A DNA stretch of 64,000 bases, from contig NW_004797457.1 in assembly GCF_000002075.1 (NCBI RefSeq), positions 638,114-702,113 of the forward strand, read 5' to 3'. Origin of the DNA: Aplysia californica (taxonomy: Eukaryota). Both the position numbers and the translations under genes were made by a program. Shown here one piece after another: positions 49,756 through 63,154 of the stretch (its first letter is position 1; every line of letters starts with the position of its first letter). Below the pieces are notes generated by a model, which saw nothing but the letters and a program-made list of their open reading frames with translations, made no database searches and was not told the DNA's origin.

Positions 49756-52700
49756 ACCAGGCATCTGTCTGGTTGTTACTGATCATTTGTTTCTCACCAT
49801 GCTACTACTATAATATCTCTTTTTTAATTTAGACCCTTGGCCTACCTCTGGTTTTTATGTTCAATGCCCTATAACATTCATCTTGCATTTGCATACATGG
49901 CTGAGCAGATGGTTGGCTGGTGTGGTTTGCTCCTTCCTTCCTGTAAAACATCTATTATCCTTATCTGTCCTCCTTTTTTGTGTTTGTTATTCTCTTGTAA
50001 CACCTCTATTCTTTGGAACTTATATGGCCTTTTTGTGTTGCAAGTGCCATAAAACTCTTACTACAACCTAAAACATGCTTTGCTGATCTGGTTCATTGTT
50101 TGCCAGGAGTCATCCAGAGGCTGCACCAGCTGTTCAACTCTCAGGCTCGTCTCGGACAGGAAGTGCGGCTTTGTTCTCCTACGGACCACTTTGCTGGGTC
50201 TTATGGGGACAAAGGCTGGGGGTGTGGCTACAGAAATTTTCAAATGATGCTATCGTGTCTTTTACGGAACCCCAATTATGCCGAAAAAATATTTCCAGGT
50301 AAGCCATCGCCTTTGGAATAGAAAACACTACTAACAGTAACAGTAGTTTGTGCTTTTTTTTTCTGGTTGAAACTTTGAAAAAATAAATTTGATTTCTGGA
50401 GGACAACTCTCAAAGACAGGTACCTGTGTTATCACAATACATATGTAGGTCATAACTATGTATGGATTTCAGGACCATCTCTACCCCTTTGCTTTCCGGG
50501 GATGTGCGTTCTTACCGTCAGCGCTGATTTTCAGTTATTAAGCTCGTTAGCCAGGACAGAAGTCTCATCAGGGCCCAATCATGACACCTATTCAGATCCC
50601 TGCTCCGCGATAGTGTCACCTTCCTCATCTTCATATTCCTCAATATACCCATAATTTTGGAGAATTTGCATATTTAAGTCAAATACTGAAAGTTGCTGCC
50701 TTTTTACGCTCATTTTGGTGTTTATGTTTTGCAGGAGCACTCTTTTGTCTGCAAGATTAGACCTGTGTTTATCGATCGCTTGCAAGCCTAGCAGTAAAGT
50801 AATACCAAGAAATTTGGTACAGATATGCTCATTTTTTATTCCCGAATGAAAATCCAGGCTGTGCTTGTGGCTAGATCTCCATACAAATTAATTAGAGCTA
50901 GGTGATAAGCGGGACGTACTTGTAATGTCTTATAGACAACCAAGAATAAAGATTTTTGCCAACTTCTGTGATGTCCATGGTACAGCACAAAGCCAATAAC
51001 ATCACATTTTCATGTTGTACAATGTTAAAAGGCAACGAAGAGGTCTGCATTATTACATTGTTTTCTAAAAAAAAATGTATTATTTTATTTCTTTGTTGAC
51101 TCTTGTGTGAAAATTTTTAATGATTTTCTAGTTCAACTTCTTTGTGAGTATGTGAGACTCATTTCAGCAGATAAGTTTATTTTGATATATTTGACAGATG
51201 GACAAAGGGATATTCCATCAATACCAAGGATCCAAGAAATGATTGAGTCTGCTTGGAAAAAAGGGTTCGACCTCCAAGGCTGTCAACAACTAAAAGGTCG
51301 ACTTTCCAACACTCGCAAATGGATTGGTGCAACGGAAATTGTGGCTCTATTGTCTTCCCTTAGGATCAAGTATGTAGTATTCATTGAAAAGTTGAATGCC
51401 CAATTTGCTGTATTATCACATATTANNNNNNNNNNNNNNNNNNNNNNNNNNNNNNNNNNNNNNNNNNNNNNNNNNNNNNNNNNNNNNNNNNNNNNNNNNN
51501 NNNNNNNNNNNNNNNNNNNNNNNNNNNNNNNNNNNNNNNNNNNNNNNNNNNNNNNNNNNNNNNNNNNNNNNNNNNNNNNNNNNNNNNNNNNNNNNNNNNN
51601 NNNNNNNNNNNNNNNNNNNNTCCTTTCTTCCTCATAGCTGAATCTCCATTCTATTGCAAATTTCTTTGATGATTCATGTCTGTTTCCTCTACTTCTTTTT
51701 ATTGTTTTTTTTTCAAAATGTGGTTGCCATTGTGCTAATTTGCCGTAAAATACAACTCTACAAAGAGAGCAACAGAATGATACTAATGAGACTGTTAATT
51801 ATCTTGATGGAGTTGAAGTTATTGCATTTTCTTGGATGTTTGGGGTTTTTTAAAATTCCACCCCTCCCTGCCCCTTCTATTGCTGTTTCAGATGTCATCT
51901 CGCTGATTTTCATGCTCCTTCAGCTCCTGATGGAACACATCCTCGTCTCCTGGAATGGATTTGTGATTATTTCAGTGAGAGGAGTGGGTTCAAACCTCCA
52001 CTTTATCTACAACATCAAGGTAACTTCTTTGAAACTGTCTTGTGAATGATATTTAGGAATATTCCAGTAATAGATATCCTTTAGACAATCCCTCATCAAT
52101 TCAAAACAGATTTCTTTTTATTTTCTTTTTTTTTTTGCTGGTCCATTAGAAAAAGTTCTGTACATCATTCAGGTTGGGTTTTTTTTTTTTGTTTTTTTTT
52201 AGATAAATGAAAGTTCAAGTGTACAAGCTGCTTCCTGTGCATTCATGCCAGAGAGGCTTTCAAATAGAGTGGTTTCTGATGAAGAACCTGGTTTGTAGGA
52301 ACATTACTCAGATTCTGTTGATTAGCCTCCATATCACTACCTCAGTGCTTTCTTGTCCTATCTCCGTTTTTAATAACAGTGAAAACAGTTCATAACAAAG
52401 AGTGAACTTAAGAAGAAGTCACATTTTCAACGTCTAAAAAAATGGAGATAGGAAAAAAAAGCACCGAGGTCACGATATGGTGGAATCGGACACATAGTTA
52501 AAGGTGACCCTGACACCCAAGGGAAGATTTTTTTTAAAAGTATATTTATTGTTTCTGCAAGCTCCAGGATAGGTGGGCTGATGCAGTGTTTACTCATATA
52601 TATGGATTTTACAATATTGTACCGATTCTCAAAATAAGGATGACAATCGTCGTAACCTCAAATACTGTGTTCAGTGTCTTTGGTATTTGAACAAAAACCT

Positions 52701-55700
52701 GGTCTTGTCTATTTTATATTTCTCAAGACATGCAAAGATGCATTTTGAAAGAGTGCCCAACTATATCTGAATATCCAAGTACTGCTTTCTAGGCTTGCAA
52801 AGGTTTGAGTGTGTGTGTTTGGTTACATTGCTCTCCTGGCTGCAACGAGAAGGCCGGTAAAAGAGCCGAGTGGGTGGAATTTTCACCTCTCTTTTTATCA
52901 CACACTGTGCAAGTACTACTACCCATGACTCAACAAAACATATTGCTTCTTTCAAAGCTAGGACAGTCACTGCAATCTCAAACTCTGCATTCTACTTCTT
53001 TTATATATTAACAGAAATCGACTCTTTTCTTATTGTTTTTTAAGGCTAGCAAAAATGCGTAAAGCCCCGGTTACACGCAACGATAAATAGTATCAGATTC
53101 GTCGTTATGAGAGAACTGTCCGTTTTATCGAACTGTGTAGTCTGTTTACACGTTCCAATCTATTGTCCAGTTTTCTATCGATTGAGGAGATTCCTCGTCA
53201 TAAAGCCACCATGTCTCTTTGCGATGACAGCAATTTGCCTGCACTCTATGTGAAGGTTTCGAGCTCTGGACCTAATGAATGAAAAGCAAACACTTCCTCT
53301 AGATCACAGAAGCCCCTCTCCCCCTCCACCCTTCCCCTGTACATTTTGATATAACAGAACAGTGTCTTTAGAAAAGGGTGGCCATACTGTAGGCCTACTT
53401 TGTTGTGTGCAGAATCAGAAGCTTTGACTTGACTGCTGATGTGCAACGCACCGAGTGACCTTGATGCACAGCTTCACAATTGACAATCAACTAAATAATA
53501 ATAAAATTGCTAAAATATAAATAATAACGCACCAAATCAGGTTCATCGCGAGCAACTTTGCTTATTTTGAGACGCTGATTCCGAATATGAAATCAGTTTT
53601 TACATACGGTAATTATTAAAAAGATTTTGAGTCCTGAGTTTAATTCTGCGCAGCGGCAAATTTCAAAGTGAATCTACGTCACAGCGCGTCTCCCTCAAAT
53701 CTGAATGTGACGGCACGGAAAATATCAAGCAGCGCTTGATTTCTCGACCAAGTCTCCAATCCATCGTTCAATCGTCCAAATTTTGTACAATTTTGCGGTT
53801 ACACCGAACGATTTATCATATGATCGCTAAATCGTCCTGTTTTTGTACAATTTATCGTTACGTGCAACCGGGCCTTAAGACAATTATCGAGGGGGCTGTG
53901 TGTACATTTGTGTTTGTTTTTCATCCCTTGATTGCTCTGCTGTTCTTGCAGCAATGATAAAGCTAGTTAAAGAGCCAAGTGAATGAACATCAACTCTCTC
54001 ATTATGGAACTTCGTTCAGTGACTTTCCATGGCTAAATAAAATTATTTTGTATCTCCCCTGGTACTACTGGGAAGAATAAAATCTCTTTGGTTACTTACA
54101 AAGTCGCGGGCTCTCGTGGCCTTGAGGTTAAGGTGTTCACCTCTTATTCAAAGGTCCCGGGGTTTGAAAAAGAGCGACGGAAAAGTTTTCTTCTCTAAAA
54201 TTGTCTCCTTTCACCTTCTTTCCTGCTCTCTCGCAATGTTCTGTCGTCTGCTTTCGTTTCCAATTTCTGTCCCCAACCCCCTCACTCCCTTTGCCCCCTC
54301 CTCAGGGCTCCTTGCTCTTCTGCAGCCTTTCTACTGCTACTCCTTGGCTCCTTCTTACTGCTGTCTTTCAGACACAACCCTGATCTTCTGGTAGGAAAGA
54401 TTTACACCTAGCCTTCTCGGACAAAGGCGAAAAATCTCGGAGGTCCCATGTGCAAGTTGCGCACGCTAAAGATTCCATGGGGGTTTAAAATGGATAAGAA
54501 TAGGCTTCAGCCGCCACCCAAGCAAAATTCAAATTTCCTATCAACTGAAAATCAAAATGTTTGCTGTGTCCGCATGCTCATGTGACCTTATGCAGTTGCG
54601 AGCGCCGTAAAACACTTACCAAAAAAAAAAAAGAATTAAATAAACTTACAAAGTCAGCATTTATGTTCTATTTCAGGTGCAATTTGGATCAAAATATGCC
54701 TGAGAATGCAAGATTAACATATATTGATTTCAATTTTAGATAAGACAATCTAGTGTCAAGTGCTCTTTTTACTTCCAACAGGTCATAGTCGCACCGTTGT
54801 GGGAGTGGAGAAAGAGAAAGGAGCGGTCAAGTTGCTGCTCTTTGACCCCGGCACACCCTCGGAGCAAATGGCAGCCGTCGCTCAGACCCCAATGACCTGG
54901 AAGCAGATGAAAACGTTCCGGCGCTCACTCCTTGGCTTCAAGTCCAGACAGTATCAGGTGGTGGCTGTGACGGGTTTGCTTTCTGAATCTGAGTGTCAGG
55001 TAAGTTTTTGTTCTTTCAGATGTGTTGCGACATCGTTGAATCAGACACTTGTCAGTTTTTAGACATTTGGAGTGATTGGTATAATCTTAACTCACTTCAG
55101 ACGGTTCACACAACAGATGCGTGACCCCCGCGACGGTTCCCACAAGCCCTGCGTGACCAACTTTGAAATTTTTTGTTCACTCTACAAATCACGCATGGAT
55201 CGCGTGGCCTGCCTCATACCCTTGTTTGGCCAAGCCTGAGCTACTTAGACTTCGTTTTGTATCTCTGGGGTCCGTAGGTTTTAAGTTATTGAAGGTGAAG
55301 GGACCCCAACTGGGGTTAAACTGACCGGAACTCGCGCTTTGTTTTTTTCTATACAGCTGATAGTAATCCGACAGTCGCGTCATAGTAGTAGTAACGGTCG
55401 AAGAAGTCGCATGAACAAGAATCACATAATTTCTCCGTTTTCGATACTTCTGTACGTTTTACTAGTTCTTGTGTCTCAGAATATGATATGTTTAATAGTT
55501 AGGATCCTGGATATATGTACCCGAACACGGCCAGAGTCGTAGTTCTAGGGCTAGATCTAGCACTAGTACTGGTGTTGTTGTTCGCGCAATGAAATCACAA
55601 TGTCGTGGCGTACATGTCTCATGTAATTTAGTGTATGGGTCTGAATCAACGCACAGATCTGCTTTTATATTTTCACCAAACACTCACACATGCATACAAA

Positions 55701-56748
55701 TCAAAACAGAACACTTTGAACTTTTATTTTTGTTGTTGTTATGAATTTCATTCTGCCTGTCACGTCTGGAAATTTTCGGTAAATCAAATTCATGCCAATT
55801 TTTGAAAAATCATACAAATTAAAGTATTAGACTTAGACAACTTTAGTTTTGTGTATTAGCTTAAGCTTGAATGTTATTTTACTGTGTCAAAAAATAATTA
55901 CAATACGGTAATTTTGAGAGTTGTGGTGATTTATTGAAATACTCCCAAAAACACCAGTCTTCAACGCTTGTGACTGGTGAAAGAGTTAGTGAGTTAAAGC
56001 CTGTTCAATTGCTTTGCTTTAGATGAAAAAAAATATATCCTACTATCTTGAATAGAATGGGAGGGGGAGGGGGGGACCTTTGTGTCCGAGGTAAAATTAG
56101 CAAAAAATATGGTCTTCAAAATTTGGAGGCTTCTAAAGCTTGAATGTCCAAGGAAACTGCAAATTGTCCAGTAAAATCCCAAGAGAAATATTTTTATTGA
56201 ATTATGTTGAAATAAGGTGGTTTGCCCTCCCCGCCAAATATCCAGTAAAAATTGCTCATGGGGCAGAAAAATGGTAGATTCGTCGATTTCATAATTTTTG
56301 ACGAACATCTGTTTTCACCTCAATGCTACATAAATTTGGTTTAAGATGAGGAAATTTTTACTGATTTGTTAGGTGTAAGATGTGATGTTTTCCAAACTTT
56401 CAATGTTGAAAACTCATTTTCAGAGCTATATATGTAAGAATATAGAGACATACACCATCATTTTTTCCTTTAAAATTCACATTAGTGTGCTTGTCATTTT
56501 CAACATTTTTAAAATGTGTTATTGTAGTTTTTATTTTAAAATAAAATTATAAACTTTTTTTTCTTAGGAATTAAAAAAAAAAACATTACTAGACGAGGTT
56601 ATCAAAATTTAAAGGGAAGAACCAAGTCTCATTAAATTTCGATTTTCAGCTACTGAATTTTTTGCTTCATATTTATTGCTTTCCATTTTTTCTTTTTTGT
56701 TTTCCTTTTCAGCAAAGCAAAATTCTGAAATCGGAAAGAGTTGTTTGA
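43057..56748 (+). CDS. ZUP1: Zinc finger-containing ubiquitin peptidase 1 (ZUFSP family deubiquitinase; 704 aa, 9 coding exons)
   Basis: Exons 43057-43954, 47372-47554, 48410-48510, 49521-49707, 50107-50298, 51198-51369, 51892-52019, 54782-54999, 56713-56748; all GT-AG and phase-consistent. Four C2H2 fingers, DKGWGCGYRN (catalytic Cys), KWIGATEI, PPLYLQHQGHSRTVVG (His), LLFDPG (Asp). Confidence 0.92.
44361..47191 (+). mobile_element. Sola1-like DNA transposon (defective) in ZUP1 intron 1
   Basis: TIRs CGTCGGCCT(G/T)GTGATAAAACCGACTAACCC; ATAT TSD on both sides (AWWT type); transposase N-terminal remnants WKGNKRKRLK, NGQRTPVCKIIFKSTTGL, FFDKLSK, NLGLLSTKKD. No catalytic core seen. Confidence 0.8.
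47812..48078 (+). mobile_element. tRNA-derived SINE with Meta/MESC-like core and (CTTTA)n tail
   Basis: A box atggcggagcggttag; B box gggttcgagcc; core cccacccagcagtaatgggtacctgac...ggggaagtaaaggcgg; tail ctttactttacttt. Confidence 0.8.
49908..50072 (+). mobile_element. Short retroposon family A
   Basis: Body match; ends about 35 nt upstream of the ZUP1 catalytic-Cys exon acceptor. Confidence 0.75.
52327..52482. mobile_element. Small fold-back MITE-like element
   Basis: ccatatcactacctcagtgctttcttgtcctatctccgttttt is mirrored by aaaaatggagataggaaaaaaaagcaccgaggtcacgatatgg. Confidence 0.6.
53063..53875. mobile_element. PIF/Harbinger-type non-autonomous element
   Basis: TAA|AGCCCCGGTTACACGCAACGATAAAT ... 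ATTTATCGTTACGTGCAACCGGGCCT|TAA. Confidence 0.8.
54106..54643 (+). mobile_element. Full-length tRNA-derived SINE family B
   Basis: Head gtggccttgaggttaagg...ggtttgaa; 3' stem-loop tail and A-rich end; 12-bp TSD ACTTACAAAGTC (54094-54105 and 54644-54655). Confidence 0.9.
55087..55997. mobile_element. Possible non-autonomous piggyBac-type element
   Basis: TTAA|CTCACT ... AGTGAG|TTAA; only 6 bp of TIR match. Confidence 0.4.
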
Positions 56749-58489
56749 AGTGAACTTTACATCACCATTTGTAGCTGAAAGCCAAGCATTCCAGGAAAAG
56801 AAACAGACCCTCCAATTTTTCACTCTTCGTAATATGTACTTTTTGGATACCGTGGAATCATGTGTAATATTAAATTTGTGTGAGATTGCTATTTAATTGA
56901 TCTTTGTCTAAAGACCTTTTTCTAGAGTTATAATCCTTAAAATTGAGAATCTTTACCAATTTATTCAGACTCTTAATTTTTTTAAAATACGTAATATGCT
57001 GTACGATTTTCTTTTCTGCATGTTCTTAAAAGTTGTATATATTATATACTGTTATTTTTCTACACATGTGACAAATTCTAAAGAGCAAAATGCAATATAA
57101 TGGTACTGAACAGTGTCAGTAGTTTAAGGTACTGCAATCAGTGACATTTTGTAGACAACTGTTCTTTCTTAGAGAACAAAGCTGCCAAACAGTATTTATA
57201 AAAGATGTTTTTGGGGGACTAAATACAAAATTCCATTCTTGTATTAGAAAATATGTATTCTGTTTTCTAGTATTGCTCCTCACAAACTTGCTAATGCAAA
57301 GGAAAAATTATGAACTTTCAAGACTGGATTTGCAAATAATCAGAACAAAGCCCACAAGTGGAATGGAGAGCTCTTTTGTTAAGTGTACTTTGAAGAGTTT
57401 GAATCTGTTGAGTGCAAAAAAAGTGTGTGTGAAGGGTTGGGGGGGGGGGGGTTGCTTGGCCAATGCACACCATCTTGAGATTTTTAATAAATTTGTCAGC
57501 TGTGCTAAAAGGTTATCACAACTTGTTTTATTTGGGATTAGGATATGCTGAAAAGTTGTCGAGAGAAAAATGAAATAACCAGAGCTGCTGGGTGTACGAG
57601 GGTCACATTTGATTTTTGCTAGCGGAGTTGGAGTGGAGATGCGCTGAGAAACCTCAAATAATACATATGTTGAAGGAAACTTGTAATAAAATATGTTTTC
57701 AAGAAAAACTTATATTTACTGAAAATAAGCCTCTGAATAGGCTGCAACCTTTGAAATTATTCAAATAAACAAATCAATTAAAGCTTAAGTGCGAATGCAT
57801 TCTTTCTCTGTGCGTTTTGTGTTGTAATGGTTATAATAAGGACAACTACTTTGTGCAACAGGAAATGGCAAAGAAATAAATGGATGTAGCGAGATTTTGT
57901 CTTGATAGGTTTAATTGACTTTGCAGAACAAGAAAACTTTAGTAGCCTTATTCTTCTTCTTCTCGATCGCATCACACTTGAAGTCTGGTATCTGTCATAA
58001 ATTAGGCCGTCCTGCTCAGTTCATCTGTGGTCTTTATTAGTCTAATCTAGGTGTTTAGAAAACAAACATGGATCTGGAATCCGTTGACATTTAATTTTGG
58101 TTGAGATTTTCCAATAAGTAATAAGTGTTATAAGCTGTGTCTCATTATTTATTCATTTCTACAAATTTGAAGATATGTATTATTGAATTGGTTATATATT
58201 CATTTGTAGCAATAAGTCTTGTGCCAGTCTGAGTCACAGTAGAATTTTGCAAAGTGCTGCAACTCCTGTGAAAAGCATGTGCAGTTAATATAATGTATAA
58301 CGCTCAAAATAAAGTTCCCCATGATGTCATTCTTTGCTTTCTGCTTCTCATAGTTAAAAAATTAGTGCATTTATGTTCATTACCATATGATACAGGAGTG
58401 TCTTTTGAAGTGAATAAGATTCCCTTTCAACATTCAGCAAAGCTTGTTGTAAAGACAACAGAGTAGTACCAAATGAGACAATCCATTTT

Positions 58490-58664
58490 AGTTTTAGTAG
58501 AGGTTTTACAGCGCTCGCAACTGCATAAGGTCATATGAGCGCCAGAAGATTAGAGCTGTTACAAGAGAGTAACAAACATAAAAAAGATGAAGGGAGATAA
58601 GGACGATAGATGTTTGAAAGGAAAGAAGAAGCAAACCACACTAGAGCACCAGCCAACCACCCAC
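58490..58664 (-). mobile_element. Short retroposon family A, best-preserved copy
   Basis: TSD ACAATCCATTTT (58478-58489 and 58663-58674). Confidence 0.9.
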
Positions 58665-58871
58665 AATCCATTTTTCAACAGGTGAGCTTTGTAATGTCCT
58701 CCTTGACACGATTGATGTTATTTTACAGAAACACTTTCCCATGGGAGGAAAACACTCAGTAGATGTTCAAACTAAGAATGGCTATTACCATAGCCCACCA
58801 TAATACCACCTACATCTGTCTGATATGTGAATTGTATCATCTCATACTTCAATTTTCCTTTTTTTTAATTT

Positions 58872-59123
58872 GGTCGCTTTTAAGGACAAGCAGGCTAACC
58901 CAGATTTTGGGGGTTTCCAGAAACCTTGACCTACACCAAAAGCGGGCATCGCCCTACCTATAGGGCAAGTTTGGTTTCATTGGTGTGTATATATTTCTTT
59001 GGTTAAAGAGAAAACCCTCCTTGTTTTTTAAAGAAACTGAAGATGGGTAAAAAAAACCTTAAAACTTCGATTTTCTCAAAACAGGATTTTTTTTGGATAG
59101 CCCCCTTGTGCTTAAAAACGACC
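58872..59123. mobile_element. Sola1-type MITE, second copy
   Basis: ATTT|GGTCGCTTTTAAGGACAAG ... CTTGTGCTTAAAAACGACC|ATTT; colinear with 23020-23273. Confidence 0.8.
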
Positions 59124-59455
59124 ATTTGTGCTAAATGCAATTGCTAACAAACAGGTTTGAGTCAGTTACGTTTACTTCAAAACCAGTCTGTTACAACATA
59201 ATGACATATTTTCACCCTTGAATTAGAGCTCAAACACAGTGAACCAGTAGTAGTAGCTGACACTGACACGGTTGTTCCATTCCAGCACGGAAAACAGTCT
59301 GCGCCGGTTCAAAAACAGGTAACAACACAGTGTTGCACCCAATCCAGTGCCGTCAGTTTTTTGTCTGGGTTTTCTTTTCTTTTTTTTTTGTTGGGAGGTG
59401 GTCGGTGTTGGTGAGTAGTCACACAGTGAGAACATGTAGTACAAATCAAACCAAT

Positions 59456-59610
59456 ATGGCAGCACACAAGCTGATGCTGTTGTATAGTTTGAAAAGGGAA
59501 CATGATATCATTAAGCGAAAATACTGGGTTCACAAATTTTATGAAAAGAGGGAAACATGAAGAGTTCCATCGGCGTGTTGATGAAGTTCTCATCGATGAG
59601 ATGGGTTCAT
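59456..59610 (+). mobile_element. Harbinger transposase N-terminal fragment
   Basis: KRKYWVHKFYEKRE..EEFHRRVDEVLIDE resembles the WVH...GEFH..V.EL..D N-terminus of Harbinger transposases. Confidence 0.55.
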
Positions 59611-59811
59611 TGTGTTAGAGCTCAACTGTTACTCTCTGTCACCAGTCCCTGATATGGAATGTCCCAGCACGTTCAGTAAAGGATAATGGATAGAGTATAG
59701 AGGATGGGATTGCTAAAAAAAACCAAGCCTGTCTAAAGCTGGACTGGTCAGTCACTGCTATCAGTCGCGCCAATAATGTTTTACATCTCATCGAAACAAT
59801 CCAGACAATTA

Positions 59812-59970
59812 GGGCGGGTGCTCTGGTGTGGTTTGCTTCTTCTTTCCTATCAACATCTATTGTCTTATCTCCCCTCCTTTTTTGTGTTTGTTACTCTCTT
59901 GTAACACCTCTAATCTTCAGCACTTAAATGACACTGTGTTGCAAGTGCAAAACACTTACAAAAACTAAAA
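59812..59970 (+). mobile_element. Short retroposon family A
   Basis: Body match; AGACAATTAGG duplicated on both sides. Confidence 0.75.
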
Positions 59971-62964
59971 AGACAATTAGGAGGCGAGCTGTTTCGACCC
60001 TGCCTATCACGGCCAACCTAAGCTGAGAGGGATATAAATAATAATGTCCCAGTCCCGGGCAAACGCATGTCTTCTGCGCCAAGCCACTACATACATCACA
60101 GACACCAGAGCGGGTGAGACAAAATACAAATGACATTCTAGTAGACAGCATGTAGGCTACCCATGACGCCAATCGGTATTATGACTGTGTAAAAGTTTTA
60201 TTCCTATTTACATGATGAAAAACATGAAAACATAATTTGTAAAATCAATAGCTTTTCTTTGTAACTATAACTTTTGTTTTACTTAGTTTGACATAAAATT
60301 TATGAAAATTTAAGTGCCAGTGAAACACAGGGAAAGGATGATAATGTACAGAGACAACATCTAGACAATTTCTTTTCTGTACAAAATTTTCTTTCCTTGA
60401 GGAATGAACAAGTACTCTTTCAATATATTTCTGCCGCAAAATAAAATCTACCTCACTGATTACCAAATTCATAGCCAGGGCAGAAAATCATTCCTCTATG
60501 AAATTACCATATCATCACATTGTGTTTACAGTATCATACACAAGAAGCCACTGGGCTGGCAAAACTTTTCCTGTTTGTCATCTGCTGTAACATCTCGATA
60601 CAGGAGCCATATAATATACAACCTAGCACGTACATAACAAATTTTTCTTTTATGCATATGTTTTCTATTTTTAAAATGCACATGGTGAAATTCCCACCTA
60701 ACTGAAAGATTTCTATGTACCACCAATTTTGCGTGCTAGACTTCATACAGTATAACAAAGATAGCTCGAATTCATCAGGGACGCCTTGGTAGTTCAAGGG
60801 ATCCGTAGTTCGAGAAATATTTTACAAAGATAAAGAAGACTTACAAATTTTTTTTTAAAAACAGACCTCAGGCACAGTTTGACAAATGCGTGATTCAGAG
60901 TCTTCTGGGTTCAACCTATCTGTGTTATACTGTATAACAAGTACAGAGCATAGGTTCTGGAACACTCTAAACAAAGAATATACTCATACTGACATTCTTC
61001 CTGAACAGTACAAAGGATACACTCAGGCTGACACTGTTCATGAACAAGACAGAAGGTATCGCTGTCCCTTACAAGCTACAGAACAAAAGTAACGTCACAC
61101 ACACATACACACATGCATGTCCCAACCCAAATATGTCCAATACTCAGAGGAAATGCCATTTGTACCAACAGACTATTACATGAAGAACAGCTGTCAGCAC
61201 TGAGGTCAGAAGACAATAACTGACACAACTGAATAAGAAGAGAAAATAAAGGACAATATGCCCAACTCTTCATTTAATTTAATACCCTCGCAGGAAAACA
61301 AAAGTATCCCAAAAAATAGTATTTCTTTCAATCGAGAACAGTTTTCAGTCTTGGTACAAGTGAGGATGAATCTACGTCAAGTACAAAATTATTGGAATCC
61401 ATCATGATCACATCATCTCAAAAGTTTTCAACTACTGTGAATTCAAATAAAACAATTTACAACTGTGCGTTGAAACAATAGCAATTCTACACCATTGGTG
61501 AAATATTTCTTATTCACTAGCCTCATCATCTTTGGCGTGACCCGATGGCCCCAAACACATGAACGAGCACAAATACCTTTACTCCTCTGTGCACCAAACT
61601 TGTACCTGAGCGTGTAGCTGTGTTATCAAGCAGTCTATGCACAGGAGCTCAGGAGCTCAGGAGCACAGGCCTGGGATGCTCGTAGAGTGAAACAAGGCCC
61701 AGAAATTTAAACACTGAACAAAGTAAAACACTACCATACATGGTGTGGTCCACACACCTGCCAATTCCTTGAGAGTACATTCCCTGAAACCAGTTACGTC
61801 TTAGTACCAATCTATTGTACTCAACAATCCCAGACTTCTCTTTCATCGCAATCTTTACTAGTGCAAAAATGCCACACACACACATTCCAAACCACTCACT
61901 CTACGGCCGATCTTCAGTCCAATAACCAGTTACTGGCTACTGTCAAGCCGATAGGTAATGTCAGGATGTCTCAAGCAGTATGTGTCAAGAGTTAATTAGT
62001 GGTGGACCACAAAATCACGGTCCAGTACTTTAAAAACTTATGAACTAGAAATATACCCAAAAAATGCCAGGGGAAAAAACTGGACAGATCTCAGATCAAG
62101 GAATCCACTTTTTCAAATTCAGATTACCATGCATGCCCCGATATAGTTGACTCTACTGTAAAATAAAATAAAATGTTTATTTGCACCCAGTGAAGAATGT
62201 AATGCCAGAATTACTTGTCAAAACTAATACACAAAACATCAATACTTATTGCACACAAAACGAACAATGCATAGTTTTCTTATGGGATTTTGTGATAGTG
62301 ACAGGCAATTCTTGAAATCAATTATTCTAACAATATACTTGCAAATCACCTCAGAAAGCACTCGAGGAAATAATAGTAATGTAGAACATTAAAAATTCAC
62401 CAAATGTTACATCAAAGTAGGAAAGCTCAGTCAGGAGTAAGTACCAGTTCACACATTCTCCTACAATGTGTTTTGTTTTTGTCAGTTGAGGAAAAATGGC
62501 ACAGATTATAATGTCCCATTTGATGTGATTTGACAACAAAACTTCAGACACAACACTGTCTAAACTGCACAAAACATCTTTGACTGTCTCAAAGAAGCTG
62601 ATCCGCACCAAAAAGCAGGAAACTACTCAAGCTACCAATACACTCACCCAAAGTCTCTATCCATTTTATGCACTCTGGACCCTGATGATGATGTTGAAAA
62701 ACGTGAAGATCCATATTTGCCAGCTGTTTAGACATACTGAGCCCCAATTTATTTTTTTTAACCCCTGGTGTCAGTTGCATGTGCTCAAGAAATATTTTGT
62801 CGAAATTCAAATTCTAAATACTGATTTTTTTTAAAGCAAGGAAAGAAACATAATCTAGGTAAAAATTAATTTTTCTTCTCTCCAGAAAAATTTTGCTTTC
62901 TTGACTGAGTACATATGGACAGCTAGACGACAATGTACTGTAACAAACGGACACAAAGCTTTCA

Positions 62965-63154
62965 CTACAAGTAGATGGGCTGGGCGTGCAGATGAGACTC
63001 CTGTATCTCTCGCACCAGCAGGATTCGGGTCAGCATCTTGTCCATGGTGTGAAGGTCCATGGTTTGAGTCGAGTACCACACAGGGCTGTCGGGAACACAC
63101 GAGCGCTCAGGCACAGGGTAGAAGATGTCGTGTCGGTTTTTGATGCTCTCCGGA
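62965..63154 (-). CDS. ZMYM4: Last coding exon of a ZMYM2/3/4 (Woc-like) protein, DUF3504 C-terminus
   Basis: Acceptor ttttctttttgtccag, then PESIKNRHDIFYPVPERSCVPDSPVWYST...MLTRILLVREIQE, stop at 62965. The symbol names the closest vertebrate paralog from memory. Upstream exons not identified (probably beyond 64000). Confidence 0.85.
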
